Assembly (NCBI GenBank): GCA_043427975.1
Contig: JBHWTK010000026.1
Location: 915 to 64,914, forward strand
Length of the DNA stretch: 64,000 nt
Source of the DNA: Chloroflexia bacterium
Lineage (GTDB): Bacteria > Chloroflexota > Chloroflexia > Thermomicrobiales > UBA6265
Direction: 5' to 3'
The stretch's first letter is position 1. Each line of letters starts with the position of its first letter. This document shows, piece by piece, positions 18,246 to 27,433 of this stretch. The translations under genes were made by a program, and so were the position numbers. The notes under the pieces are model-generated. The model ran no database searches. It was not told the DNA's origin and was given only the letters and a program-made list of their open reading frames with translations.

Positions 18246-18665
18246 ATGGAATCCTGGATTGTAGCCGTGGCCCTCCTCGTGCTTGCACTGGTGATTGCCT
18301 ATGCCAACTTCCAGAACGCCAGGCCGTTTCGCATTGAAGCGCGCACGACGCTCCCACCATCGGAGGCACTGGACACAATGCAGGCCCGGCTGGCGCGCGA
18401 CGGCTGGAGCCTCGGTTACCGGGACACCACCCAGTTGACCATGAGTGCCGATCGCAACGCCGACCTCGGTTCCACCGCGGCGATCGGCTGTATTTCCGTC
18501 TGGTTCGGATTGCTATATGCGCTCTCATCCCGCCGAACGATTACGGTGAATGTGGAGGCCGTGAGACTGGCAGAAAGTACCACGATGATTGTCAACGGTA
18601 GCCGAAGCGGCAACGGCCTGCTGCGCTATATTGCCGAGCGGCTGCGGGAGCTACCAAAACCCTAA
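18246..18665 (+). CDS. Hypothetical membrane protein
   Basis: ATG 18246 is preceded by GGAAGGAGA. N-terminal TM helix (WIVAVALLVLALVIAY) and a second hydrophobic segment. Confidence 0.6.
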   Translation: MESWIVAVALLVLALVIAYANFQNARPFRIEARTTLPPSEALDTMQARLARDGWSLGYRDTTQLTMSADRNADLGSTAAIGCISVWFGLLYALSSRRTITVNVEAVRLAESTTMIVNGSRSGNGLLRYIAERLRELPKP

Positions 18666-18675
18666 AAAGGAAGGA

Positions 18676-19872
18676 CTACGGTTTCCCCGTATCGCTCTCC
18701 CGGAGGATCTTGTGCAGCGCCGCGAGGTCGGCGCGATGCTCTGCCAGGCGTGCCTCACGCACCTTGGCGGGAATGGCGATCAGCGCCTCCAGGTCGGATA
18801 TCGCCGCCTCACCCACGCCTAACGCCTGCCCGGACGAGATGACTCCCGCCTGCCAGGCTGCGGCCGCGGCCGCGATGTACGAGTTGAAGAACGCAATGCC
18901 CGGCTCGTGGTGCGCATCCGGCTGATTCAGCGCCGTCTCCTTCACATCATGGATAAACACCGCCCGTACAGCATCGCCCAATTCCTGCAGCATTTCCCTG
19001 CCGACCTGGACATCGCCCTGACCGCTATCGCCCACAAATACGATGCCGTATTCGGGGAAGAGTTGATGGTACCGCCGGATATTCTGCATTTTGCGCCGCG
19101 CCATGTAGTGGTGCGATCGTAACGCCAGCAGGCTCCCCAGCAGGATCGTGTGCTGTCGAATACCCGCCTTGCGCAGGGATCGGCGAGTAAACCGGGAAAC
19201 GATCCCGGCGATCAAGCCCGGACGTGCGCTGACGAAGGTAAGGTCACCGGATTCGCCGGAACCATCCGGGGCATGATCGAGCGCGTTGAAGAAGGCCAGC
19301 ACGCCGGGGTAGCGCGTTTTGCCGGGATACCGTTTATCGTGCAGCCGGGCGAACACGGTATCGTCGATGTCTGACAGCACCTTGATCTCATCCGTGGGAA
19401 CCTGGTGGGCGGCGATATGATCGATAATCTCCGCCCGGATGGCGGGGTCGTCGATGTCGGTGAACACCAGCCGTGGAAGGTCCCGGTAGGTGCCGGAGAG
19501 ATTAAGGACGTTACGAAGGCGCCGTAACTCTTCTCCTGTTGACCCGAGGATGATGTTCCGGATCGCCATCTCCAGCGGCCTGTGGGTACGACCTTTCTGG
19601 AGCGCCCACACGATATCTGCCCGGGTTTGGAGCGAGAGGTCATGCAGGCGATCGACAGTAAGCAACTTAAGCAGCTGATCGAGGTGGTCTGGCCCATTTA
19701 CCCTGTTATGGAAATTCCGTACCAGGATGTCGACGTCCAGCTCACGCAGGATGACATCCAGCGAGGCGTCCGGAGCTGCTTCCAGCAGGTCGAGGATACG
19801 CGCCTCGTCCTTACGGCCGGTCCAGCCCCGTTTGAGCGCCCTGATTTCCTTCACGATCTCCTGCAGGTTCAT
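18676..19872 (-). CDS. App1-like (DUF2183) DxDxT phosphatase with N-terminal helical domain
   Basis: DxDxT motif VLSDIDDTVF and the second HAD-like motif VFVGDSGQGD match bacterial DUF2183/App1 phosphatidate-phosphatase-like proteins. Confidence 0.65.
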   Translation of the reverse strand: MNLQEIVKEIRALKRGWTGRKDEARILDLLEAAPDASLDVILRELDVDILVRNFHNRVNGPDHLDQLLKLLTVDRLHDLSLQTRADIVWALQKGRTHRPLEMAIRNIILGSTGEELRRLRNVLNLSGTYRDLPRLVFTDIDDPAIRAEIIDHIAAHQVPTDEIKVLSDIDDTVFARLHDKRYPGKTRYPGVLAFFNALDHAPDGSGESGDLTFVSARPGLIAGIVSRFTRRSLRKAGIRQHTILLGSLLALRSHHYMARRKMQNIRRYHQLFPEYGIVFVGDSGQGDVQVGREMLQELGDAVRAVFIHDVKETALNQPDAHHEPGIAFFNSYIAAAAAAWQAGVISSGQALGVGEAAISDLEALIAIPAKVREARLAEHRADLAALHKILRESDTGKP

Positions 19873-20800
19873 AGGCTACAGCGGCCTTTCCACGAATAAT
19901 GAGTGCAGCGGGGTCTGCCGAAATCTCGACGCGGTGGACATCATGCCACACATCGCCGTCTACCTGGACCGCCGCCGGTGCTTCCGGAATAATCGTGACC
20001 TGCTCCACCAGATGATCGCCCACGCCCCGGACGGGCCGGGATGTGCCACGCACGCCTCGCCAGGCCAGGGGCAGCCACCCGACAACAGAACGTGGGGCAA
20101 CATGCAGCAGGTTCAGCTTGCCATCGTGCAGGCTGGCACCGGGTAAAACGGTGAGTCCACCGGGCACAACGGCACAGTTCCCAACCAGCACACTCCAGGC
20201 GGCGGTATGGGGCAGCGGTTCGCCGTCGATAACCACCTGCATGGGCAACGGTCGCCGCAGTAATTGCGGCAGTCCCGCGGCGAAATAGGCTGCCGCACCA
20301 ATGGTTCGCTTGAGCCGGGGCGAAACACCATGCAGGCTGAGGGCATCACGACCGACACCCACAACGACGAGGAACCGGCCCTCAACTGCGTCGCCCCTGG
20401 CATCGTGCAGGTGGACGATACCCGTATCAACCGGCGTATCCGTGCCCATGAGCGCAGTGCGAACCGCCTGGTCGAGCCGCTTGTCCCTGCCGATTGCGTT
20501 GAGGTGGAAGATGTTGGCCGTCCCGATGGGAATAATGCCCATCGCTACACCGGAGTGCGCCATCACGTTGGTAACCTGCCCAACCGTACCGTCCCCGCCT
20601 GCCACAATTACCAGGTCGGCACCGGCATCCAGTGCCTGCCGTGCCTGCGGCCCTCCGGGCGCTTCGATGGTGGTATGGAGCAGCGTTGGCGGGGGAGTAC
20701 CAAGGGCAGCGCAGTGCTGTTGCACCAGTTGCCACACACGCTCATGACGGGCGCGCGCCGGGTTGGCGATGCAATAGACCCGCCGGTTCCGCATTTCCAT
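19811..20800 (-). CDS. Diacylglycerol/lipid kinase family protein (YegS/DagK-like)
   Basis: Catalytic-domain motif LVIVAGGDGTVGQV. 329 aa. The 3' end overlaps the next gene by 62 nt. Confidence 0.87.
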   Translation of the reverse strand: MEMRNRRVYCIANPARARHERVWQLVQQHCAALGTPPPTLLHTTIEAPGGPQARQALDAGADLVIVAGGDGTVGQVTNVMAHSGVAMGIIPIGTANIFHLNAIGRDKRLDQAVRTALMGTDTPVDTGIVHLHDARGDAVEGRFLVVVGVGRDALSLHGVSPRLKRTIGAAAYFAAGLPQLLRRPLPMQVVIDGEPLPHTAAWSVLVGNCAVVPGGLTVLPGASLHDGKLNLLHVAPRSVVGWLPLAWRGVRGTSRPVRGVGDHLVEQVTIIPEAPAAVQVDGDVWHDVHRVEISADPAALIIRGKAAVAYEPAGDREGNQGAQTGLDRP

Positions 20801-20803
20801 GTC

Positions 20804-21403
20804 CTACCACTTTTCCCGGTGGAGCACGGTTTCGAGCGGACGTCGCCCGCGCTTCAGCGATCCACTTTTCTTGTCCGGCGCGGGATGGCCAATAAACACC
20901 ACCCCGATCGGCATGTGCTCGGCCGGAATGTGGAGCGCCTGCTGGAGTTCGGCAGGATCCTGCACGCCCACAAAGGCTGTGCCAAGCCCCTCGTCCACTG
21001 CAGCCAGCAAGACCAGCATCATCGCGGCACCGGCGTCGGTATGCCAGTAGGGGACAGGCCAGCCGATTTCCTCCTGGCCTTTCGCTTTTTTGTCCGGCTC
21101 GTTATAGCGCTGGTGGTAGATCTCCTCGCTGGTGGTGATGACGATATGCACTGGCGCACGGCTCATGAACGGTTCATGGCCCTGCCGTACATACCAGTGC
21201 TCGCCAGCGATCTCCGCAATGCGGCCGCGCATGTCGTCATCGGTCACTGCGACAAAGGCGACCCCCTGGCTATACCCGGCACTCGGGCCACGCCGGCCGG
21301 CATCGACAATGCGCTCGATTACCTCCCAGGATACCGGTTCCTCCGTAAAGTTCCGGATCATGCGGCGTTTCCGTACCAGTTCGTGGAATGGTGACTGGCT
21401 CAT
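20804..21403 (-). CDS. Nitroreductase family protein
   Basis: 199 aa. N-terminus RRMIRNFTEEPVSWEVIERIVDAGRRGPSAGYSQG is typical of the FMN nitroreductase fold. 4-nt overlap with the upstream VOC gene. Confidence 0.87.
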   Translation of the reverse strand: MSQSPFHELVRKRRMIRNFTEEPVSWEVIERIVDAGRRGPSAGYSQGVAFVAVTDDDMRGRIAEIAGEHWYVRQGHEPFMSRAPVHIVITTSEEIYHQRYNEPDKKAKGQEEIGWPVPYWHTDAGAAMMLVLLAAVDEGLGTAFVGVQDPAELQQALHIPAEHMPIGVVFIGHPAPDKKSGSLKRGRRPLETVLHREKW

Positions 21404-21759
21404 TGCCCCTGCTCGTTTACCTGCACCCGCACACCGTTGGGATCGACCACCGTGAAGAACCGGCCCATGCGTTCGAGTGTCTGGATTTCAGACGGGCCGT
21501 ATTCCGCCATATCGCGGTGCATCTCCTCAAACCGGGCGCCACCGGCCAGCAAGTGCAGCTCAGGGTTTGATGTGGCCGGCAGGGCCTCATCCCGGTTCCA
21601 ATGGAGTGCCAGCGATGCATCGCCCACGGAGAACTCGTTCCACCACCGGTTCACCTCGCCGTCCTCGCGCCGGTGCAGGCCCAGCTTCTCGTAAAACGCC
21701 ACCGACTCTTCCATATGATTGGTATAGAGGATGTTTTGCAAACGCAGCGATGTACTCAT
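21400..21759 (-). CDS. VOC/glyoxalase family protein
   Basis: ATG 21759 (MSTSLRLQNILYTNHMEESVAFYEKLG) was preferred over the TTG at 21789. Glyoxalase-like beta-alpha-beta pattern. Confidence 0.82.
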   Translation of the reverse strand: MSTSLRLQNILYTNHMEESVAFYEKLGLHRREDGEVNRWWNEFSVGDASLALHWNRDEALPATSNPELHLLAGGARFEEMHRDMAEYGPSEIQTLERMGRFFTVVDPNGVRVQVNEQGQ

Positions 21760-21797
21760 GGGTAGTCCTTTACGTATCGTTGGCCTCAAGCACCTGA

Positions 21798-22346
21798 TTA
21801 TACGGGCTGCAGTGGCACGTGCTCCCCGTCGGGAAGCTCGACGCGCACAGCATCGCCGGGACGAACCACGCCACCGGTTTGGACCACGCTCATGACGCCG
21901 GCCTTCCGCACAACCGAGCCGTCCGGCAGTTTCTCCACCATATGATTCAACAGGCCTGGCTGAAATTTATCGATCTGCGAACACGGGTTACGCAGGCCGG
22001 TGATGCGTAATACCACCTCGGAGCCGATATAGAGAAGCGCGCCTTCGGGGAGGCCGAGCAGGTCTATTCCCAGGGTGGTGATGTTTTCGCCCATTTCCCC
22101 TGGCGCTACGGTATACCCATAACCGGCGACCTCATCGAGCAGTTCCTGGTGGATGAGGTGTACCTGACGCAAGTTGGGCGTCGTCGGATCGCGCCTCACC
22201 CGCGAACGGTGCTTTACTGTGGTACCGGCGTGGGCATCGCCATCAACCCCAACGCCAGCGACAAGGGTGATCTCATCCGCCGTCTGTTTACTGAAGCGGT
22301 GGCGCGGATCCTTCGCGACCGCGACTACAGTTCCTGTGGGGTTCAT
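21798..22346 (-). CDS. MOSC domain-containing protein
   Basis: 182 aa. GENITTLGIDLLGLPEGALLYIG...LRITGLRNPCSQIDKF matches the MOSC beta-barrel with its conserved Cys. Confidence 0.85.
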   Translation of the reverse strand: MNPTGTVVAVAKDPRHRFSKQTADEITLVAGVGVDGDAHAGTTVKHRSRVRRDPTTPNLRQVHLIHQELLDEVAGYGYTVAPGEMGENITTLGIDLLGLPEGALLYIGSEVVLRITGLRNPCSQIDKFQPGLLNHMVEKLPDGSVVRKAGVMSVVQTGGVVRPGDAVRVELPDGEHVPLQPV

Positions 22347-22355
22347 CGGTACTCC

Positions 22356-23366
22356 CTAATAGAAGATCGTCTCGGTGAGATGATACGGTGTCCGCTGCCC
22401 GGACAGTGACTGCGAACGCGACCACAGCAGCCAGTCCAGCTCGGTAGCGCTGATCCTGTGGTCCATGGCGGCAAGGGCCGCGACAAGGCGATCGCAGGCC
22501 ACAATGGTCGCCGCCCGGATCTCGATTTCCATGCGGGTTCCTGCCGGGATGCGCGTGCGCGTATCGACCGTGGCAGCAAGGGCGTCATCGTATACCAGTA
22601 CGCCGAACCAGCGCAGGATCTGCGGCACCTTGTAATCCGCAAAGGCGGTGAGGTGATCCATATCGGCGAATATGGCCAGCGCCGAGCCGGCAAGCCCGCC
22701 AGCGAGGTCACCGACCAGGATCTGCGCCCGCTTGTACAACCGGACTTCATTGCCTGGAAGCCATGTTTCCGCATATGGCCACGTCGTAACATCGTTGAAC
22801 GACGGGATCTCCTCGACAACCCTCTGCACCATCGTGATCGCGTTCCCTTGGGCCGACTGGATAAACGCGGTCGCCGGGGTTGGGCCATACGGAATGAGGG
22901 CGTTGCCCAGTTCGCGCAGGTTGGCAACGCGCGCGGAAAAGAGCGGTATTTCCGTATGACCCCGTGCAGGGGCGAGGATTGCGGCCACATCCCGCTCGGA
23001 TACGTTCGCGAGCCATTCGGCGTTGTGTATCGGGTAACCGGCCTCGACCGCCGTAGTCAGGGCAGCGACAAGGGCGACGTAGCCATCCACCAGTTCACCG
23101 CGCCATGTCACCCGCCAGCGGTGATTGGGATCATCCGACCAGAAACAAAAGTTGAGTGTATCCAGCACCAGCAGCCACATGGCCGTGCGTTCATTGGCAT
23201 CGTCGCCGGTAGCGCGGTAATGCAGGCTGGCATCCCATTCGGGTGCAGCGGTGGTGCCCTTCAGTTCGTGGGCCAGTCGTGTCACTGCCTCGTCGTTGAT
23301 ACGCACGTGCCGGCTACTGCGAACGACAGCTTCGCAACTGGTACGCACACCAAGGCGATCAGCCAT
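22356..23366 (-). CDS. Queuosine salvage protein family (DUF2419/QNG1-like)
   Basis: LLVLDTLNFCFWSDD motif and ~335 aa length. ATG 23366 overlaps the DinB stop in ATGGCTGA, an 8-nt overlap. Confidence 0.78.
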   Translation of the reverse strand: MADRLGVRTSCEAVVRSSRHVRINDEAVTRLAHELKGTTAAPEWDASLHYRATGDDANERTAMWLLVLDTLNFCFWSDDPNHRWRVTWRGELVDGYVALVAALTTAVEAGYPIHNAEWLANVSERDVAAILAPARGHTEIPLFSARVANLRELGNALIPYGPTPATAFIQSAQGNAITMVQRVVEEIPSFNDVTTWPYAETWLPGNEVRLYKRAQILVGDLAGGLAGSALAIFADMDHLTAFADYKVPQILRWFGVLVYDDALAATVDTRTRIPAGTRMEIEIRAATIVACDRLVAALAAMDHRISATELDWLLWSRSQSLSGQRTPYHLTETIFY

Positions 23367-23853
23367 CAGCGCGGGCCCGTTCAGCCAGCCAGAGCTGCCG
23401 CGTGATCTGCGCATGCCCGAGGTGCAGGGCGGTGTGTTCTATCAGGCTCACCAGGTACCGCAGTTTGGTCCAATCCGGCGAGGATTCGCGGATGGTGGGT
23501 GGCATGGCGTTGAGGTCGACATCCGGCTGTTCCTCTATCAACGCGGAGAACCGGCGCAGCATGGTATCGAACATGGCATCGATTTCGGCCCTGGTTGCCG
23601 TAGCGGTGAACTCTGCATCGCGGTCGCGCGGGAAATCGTGTTCGAATGCCTGGTGCACGATCCGCCATGCTCCTGCCTGCACCACGTGGACGCTCATGGC
23701 CGCCAGCGTGTTCATGGCTCCGCCACCGTTGTGTTCGGCAGCGGGCTTCCAGGTATTCAGGTCGTCATCCGGAATGCCATCCAGCGCCTCGAGAAACTCT
23801 CGGACGATCTTCTCAAGCGATGCGTAGGTAGCGATGAGGACGTCGTGAGACAT
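23359..23853 (-). CDS. DinB family protein
   Basis: 164 aa four-helix-bundle pattern with His residues (SVHVVQAGAW...LIEHTALHLGHAQI). Confidence 0.83.
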   Translation of the reverse strand: MSHDVLIATYASLEKIVREFLEALDGIPDDDLNTWKPAAEHNGGGAMNTLAAMSVHVVQAGAWRIVHQAFEHDFPRDRDAEFTATATRAEIDAMFDTMLRRFSALIEEQPDVDLNAMPPTIRESSPDWTKLRYLVSLIEHTALHLGHAQITRQLWLAERARADG

Positions 23854-23880
23854 GGTATTGCCCCTTGTATGTAGTGCTGC

Positions 23881-24507
23881 TTATGGCAGGGTGGCGATCC
23901 AGTGGCTTTCACGGCCAATGGTGGTTTCATCGCCATGCCCGGGCAACACCCGGGTTTCTGCCGGCAGGTCCAGAAAGCGTTTGAGGGTTCGGTTCATCAC
24001 CTGCTGATCGCTGCCGGGCAGGTCGGTGCGGCCGTGGCCATTCGGGAAGAGGACATCGCCACCCAGGATGACGCCATCTCGTTCGCTGTAGAGGATAATG
24101 TGGGCCACATCGTGCCCGGGCATGTGCATCACCTGGAAGGTGTGCGCGCCCACGGTCAGCTCGTCACCCTCGTCCACTTCGCGGTCCAGCGATACCGCCA
24201 CCATCGGTACGGGCGCATGGGCAGAAAGGGAGGGATCCTCCAGGCGGTTGCGGACGTCCTTATGTCCAATAACTGGAACGTCCCATTGCCCTTTCACCTC
24301 GGCTGCCCCAATGATGTGATCCCAGTGGCCATGAGTTATAACAATCATCATCACATTGGCGCCGGCCTCTTCGGCGGCATGCCGGGCGAGAGGCGCCACG
24401 TCGGGCGGCGTATCAACCAACATGGCGTCGCCGGAAACGGTGTCGACAACGAGGTAGGCATTGGTAGCAATGGGACCAGCCGGAAGTTGATAGATGCGAA
24501 GCGTCAT
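23881..24507 (-). CDS. MBL-fold metallo-hydrolase (glyoxalase II-like)
   Basis: HxHxDH motif ITHGHWDH, with downstream HMPGH and PGHG motifs. 208 aa. Confidence 0.88.
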   Translation of the reverse strand: MTLRIYQLPAGPIATNAYLVVDTVSGDAMLVDTPPDVAPLARHAAEEAGANVMMIVITHGHWDHIIGAAEVKGQWDVPVIGHKDVRNRLEDPSLSAHAPVPMVAVSLDREVDEGDELTVGAHTFQVMHMPGHDVAHIILYSERDGVILGGDVLFPNGHGRTDLPGSDQQVMNRTLKRFLDLPAETRVLPGHGDETTIGRESHWIATLP

Positions 24508-24672
24508 TGGATACCTCCTGTTACATGCAGGTTTTCACGGTATCGTATCGCGCTGGTATGGTTTCTGCGATATTCATCACTGGAAATAACGAGTAGGTGA
24601 GGGATCTTGAAACCTGAACACACTGGTACACCATTCAAAGATCCCAAATCTCTTAACCGGGTAGATGACGAC

Positions 24673-25008
24673 ATGCCAGAAGTATTGCTGGTGGATGACG
24701 ATCCGCAGATCGGCGAGGTGCTGGAACAACTGCTTCGTGAAGAAGGATTCCGTGTAGCTCGTGAACTTGATGGCCTCAGCGCGTTACAGCGCATTGAGAT
24801 GGCCAAGCCGAAGGTGGTGCTTGCTGATATCTGCATGCCCAAACTCGACGGCGTGACCCTGTGCAAGGAAATCAGCAAGCGCTGGGATGATGTAGAGGTG
24901 ATCCTGATGAGCGCAGCGGAAACGCCGCGCGGGCTACCTGTACCCTTCCTGCGAAAGCCATTTGATTTGAACGCCTTGCTCACCACGCTCGAAAGCCGCC
25001 TCCGCTAA
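24673..25008 (+). CDS. Stand-alone response-regulator receiver domain
   Basis: MPEVLLVDDD..., phospho-acceptor VVLADICMPKLDG, and conserved LRKPF. No output domain and no adjacent histidine kinase. Confidence 0.87.
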   Translation: MPEVLLVDDDPQIGEVLEQLLREEGFRVARELDGLSALQRIEMAKPKVVLADICMPKLDGVTLCKEISKRWDDVEVILMSAAETPRGLPVPFLRKPFDLNALLTTLESRLR

Positions 25009-26597
25009 CGTTCTGTAAACTCCCTGAAATAGACAGAATCCCCTGGTGAGAGCTGCCCGAGGCGATCCCAATTTTGGGAAACAACGGTGGCTATTTTGGT
25101 GTACCCGCCAATTGTGGCGTGCCCCGGTAGCATCACGATCGCCTGCCCCTCTCCGGTGACCTGGATGGAACCCGTCGCAATCCCTTCACTGAGGATGTCA
25201 GCACCATCCTCCGGGGCCAGAGAGGGCCCCAGCAGCCGCAAGCCAACCCGATTGGCATCCTGGCTGACGGTGAACCGTTCCGTGAGCAGTCGCTGCCAGG
25301 CGGCATCGCCAAAGCGGTTCCGCTGAACCCCGGGCAGGATTCGGAACGGCGTATCGAGGGCGAGGGACGATGATCCTGTATCCATTCCGGGCGCGAAGGG
25401 TGCAGGCTGGATATGCTGCTGCCCAACCGGCAGGCGGTCGCCCCGCATCAAGGCGCGACCCTGCCAGCCGCCGATACCCGCCAGCAGGCTGGTACTGGCA
25501 CTCCCCATGACCAGTGGCACATCGAACCCTCCCCGCACTGCGAGGTAGGCGTAGGCACCCACCGACGAGGGAGAGCGATGGAAAGTGAGTGCATCACCAG
25601 GCATGGTTTCGAACAGGCGATTCACCGGAAGCGGCCGTTCGTTCAGCCGGGCCCCAAGGTCTGCACCACTTAGTACCAGTTGTAACCGGCGATGGAACCG
25701 CAGCGCTGGCCCCTGATGGGCAATCTCCAGCGCTGCTGTCGCATCCGGGTTCCCTACCAGCCGGTTTGCACGCACCAGGCTGGCGCGGTCCATGGCACCG
25801 TCAGTGGCAAATCCGTATCGCGCCATGCCATAGCGCCCGAGGTCCTGCAAGGTGGCCTGGAACCCCGACGCGAGCACCTCGATCTGGCCATCCCCACAGG
25901 GTATCCCTGGAGCCGATTCAAGGTGTGAAAAATCGGCATGCGGAACCGGCTGGAAGCGAACCCGGTCACCCAGCTGCAACCGCACTGGTGGATCGGCCGA
26001 CGGGTCGAACAGGAGATCCGGCGAGCGGCCAATCAGGTTCCAGCCACCGGCCGAGGGAAGCGCGTAGACGCCCGTTTGTGCCCCGCCAATCCCTACGCTC
26101 CCGGCTGGAACAGCCAGGCGAGGACTTGCGCGGCGGGGTGTAAAGAGGGCTGGAGGCAATCCGATGAGATACGTAAATCCCGGCACGAATCCCACGGCGC
26201 CAACAGTGTACGTACTACTGGCGTGAAGTGTTATCACATCCTCAACGTTTATCCCGGAATGTTCCGATACGTTCGTTAAGTCTTCCCCGTATTCATCCCC
26301 ATAAACGACACTAATAGTGACGATGCTATCACCTGCCCGAACCGGTTTCTCGAACGTATGTTCCCATGCCATCCGGAGCAGAATGACAATTTCGTCCGTA
26401 CACTTTACGTTTTCATCATATACCGCCAGAATGGAGCCATATGAGGGGATGATTTCCCGGATCCCGGACTGGTTTCGGGCGTCCAAATAGCGCACTGTGG
26501 CAGCGATACGCGAGGTTGTGATTTCGCTCATGGTATCGGACACGGCAAACAACAGTACGCCGGGGATAATGTCGAAACTGTGGGGAAAATCGGTCAT
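25005..26597 (-). CDS. 5-oxoprolinase subunits PxpB and PxpC fused (KipI/KipA, allophanate-hydrolase-subunit-like)
   Basis: 530-aa single ORF. The N-terminal half is KipI/PxpB-like and the C-terminal half KipA/PxpC-like (cyclophilin-like folds). 4-nt overlap with pxpA. Confidence 0.85.
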   Translation of the reverse strand: MTDFPHSFDIIPGVLLFAVSDTMSEITTSRIAATVRYLDARNQSGIREIIPSYGSILAVYDENVKCTDEIVILLRMAWEHTFEKPVRAGDSIVTISVVYGDEYGEDLTNVSEHSGINVEDVITLHASSTYTVGAVGFVPGFTYLIGLPPALFTPRRASPRLAVPAGSVGIGGAQTGVYALPSAGGWNLIGRSPDLLFDPSADPPVRLQLGDRVRFQPVPHADFSHLESAPGIPCGDGQIEVLASGFQATLQDLGRYGMARYGFATDGAMDRASLVRANRLVGNPDATAALEIAHQGPALRFHRRLQLVLSGADLGARLNERPLPVNRLFETMPGDALTFHRSPSSVGAYAYLAVRGGFDVPLVMGSASTSLLAGIGGWQGRALMRGDRLPVGQQHIQPAPFAPGMDTGSSSLALDTPFRILPGVQRNRFGDAAWQRLLTERFTVSQDANRVGLRLLGPSLAPEDGADILSEGIATGSIQVTGEGQAIVMLPGHATIGGYTKIATVVSQNWDRLGQLSPGDSVYFREFTER

Positions 26598-27346
26598 GGC
26601 GGGGAAATCGTGAAACCCGCTTCAGGGAGCGATGTACGGAGGGCCTGCGCGATGCGAACAGACTCAGGGGTATCGCCATGGACGCAGATGGTGTCGGCCT
26701 GGAGCCGGATCAGTTCACCGGTGACGGCCACGAACGGTTCACCACGAATCATCCCCACGGCGCGCTGGACAATCTCATCCACATCGTGAAGGACTGCGTT
26801 CGGCATCGAACGCGGGGCAAGCTGTCCATCGGCCAGGTAGGCACGGTCGGCAAAGACCTCGTGGGCAACCGAAACGCCTGCCTTCCGGGCCACGTCGGCA
26901 GTCACACTTCCCGGCTGGGCGTAGATCAGCGGCGTATCCATGGTGACCGCAATCGCTTCCACGATTGCGGTCGACATCCCCTCGTCCGTTGCTGCCATGG
27001 TGTACATGGCACCATGCGGCTTCACATGGTGCAGGGGCACCCCAACCGCCTTGCAGATCGCCTGCAATGCCCCGATTTGCACCATCACATCGGTGTATAG
27101 CTCCCGGTGGGAAAGGGTCATTGCCCGGCGGCCGAAGCCGACGAGGTCGGGAAAGCCCGGATGTGCCCCCACCGCCACCCCGGCCGCGGCGCAGGCCTCA
27201 ACCGTCACCAGCATGGTGCGGGGATCGCCGGCGTGGAACCCACAGGCGATATTGGCGCTGCTGATGCTGCCGATAAGCGCAGCGTCATCGGCCATGGTCC
27301 AGGCACCAAAGCTCTCGCCGAGATCACTGTTGATATCGATTCGCAT
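26594..27346 (-). CDS. pxpA: 5-oxoprolinase subunit PxpA (LamB/YcsF family)
   Basis: ATG 27346 gives MRIDINSDLGESFGAW, the canonical LamB/YcsF N-terminus. 250 aa. Confidence 0.9.
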   Translation of the reverse strand: MRIDINSDLGESFGAWTMADDAALIGSISSANIACGFHAGDPRTMLVTVEACAAAGVAVGAHPGFPDLVGFGRRAMTLSHRELYTDVMVQIGALQAICKAVGVPLHHVKPHGAMYTMAATDEGMSTAIVEAIAVTMDTPLIYAQPGSVTADVARKAGVSVAHEVFADRAYLADGQLAPRSMPNAVLHDVDEIVQRAVGMIRGEPFVAVTGELIRLQADTICVHGDTPESVRIAQALRTSLPEAGFTISPP

Positions 27347-27433
27347 GGGCGGTCTCCGGGTAAATGGTGTGGCAATGGTAAAATAGGGGAGTCGTACCGT
27401 CGACACCTTCCCCGCATTCATCCCGAGAACCAT

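Noticed and set aside
24593-24645. GTAG followed by the inverted repeat GGGATCTTGAA...TTCAAAGATCCC upstream of the response regulator, as another REP.
   Set aside because: It occurs once in the window, the stem has an indel and the loop is 22 nt. The evidence is insufficient to separate a REP from a chance inverted repeat or a leader structure.
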